A DNA stretch of 61,132 nt, counting the filler, from Sphacelaria rigidula (Eukaryota), in NCBI GenBank assembly GCA_964200075.2. It is 7 parts of 7 records of this genome, joined end to end, with 100 filler letters (N's around TTAATTAATTAA, not from the genome) between each part and the next. Parts side by side here need not be neighbours in the genome. Positions count along the whole stretch, not along the records: positions 52,486 to 61,132 come from CAXNAA020010496.1; 6 more parts are not named here. One strand, 5' to 3'. Made by a program: the position numbers and the translations under genes. Under the pieces are notes generated by a model. It had not been told where the DNA came from, did no database searches, and worked only from the letters and a program-made list of their open reading frames with translations. This document shows, one piece after another, positions 60,895 through 61,132 of this stretch. Each line of letters starts with the position of its first letter. The stretch's first letter is position 1.

Positions 60895-61132
60895 GAGTGA
60901 TGCTACGATAGGGGTGCACAAATATTCCCTGAGGTTTGAATTGTTAGGAACCCTTTATCTCATGCAAAATGCGACCTATGAAAATATGTGAGAGTACGCC
61001 AGGATTACTACTCCAATGTGCTGGGAATATCCCGAATGATTTTGCAAACGGGGATGTCCTGACCCATATTTTTTTGCATCTTGAATCGTGAGGGGCCCCT
61101 GAACTAGACATAATTTCGCGAAAAAAGTGCAT
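60895..61132. mobile_element. Second copy of the Sola-like MITE (inverted, truncated by the window end)
   Basis: Reverse-complement match to 40214-40470. Confidence 0.85.

Overview
Eukaryotic, intron-rich, repeat-rich DNA, most consistent with a brown alga (Ectocarpus-like Phaeophyceae). The basis is an EsV-1-7 repeat gene, a flagellar CFAP47-like gene and long GT-AG introns. The window is not one locus. It is seven contigs of 8648/8647 bp joined by identical 100-bp N-TTAATTAATTAA-N linkers, so gene neighbourhood across the gaps means nothing. Contig 1: EsV-1-7 Cys/His-repeat ORF, a Copia remnant, and a near full-length decayed RTE-like LINE with a palindromic MITE in its 3' UTR. Contig 2: a spliced, membrane-anchored LtaS/phosphoglycerol-transferase-like (alkaline phosphatase/sulfatase superfamily) gene. 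Contig 3: mostly dispersed repeats. Contig 4: the last four exons of a CFAP47-like gene plus a foldback element. Contig 5: a hAT transposase remnant, exons of an unknown gene and MITEs. Contig 6: exons of an unknown gene and MITE clusters. Contig 7: a decayed Ty3/Gypsy element whose integrase appears to end in a chromo-like plus Tudor-like tandem. The best leads are that tandem, the intron-rich LtaS-like gene, and a dispersed telomere-like-repeat/hairpin core that sits inside different inverted-repeat shells. All family calls come from motif recognition by eye; no database searches were run.
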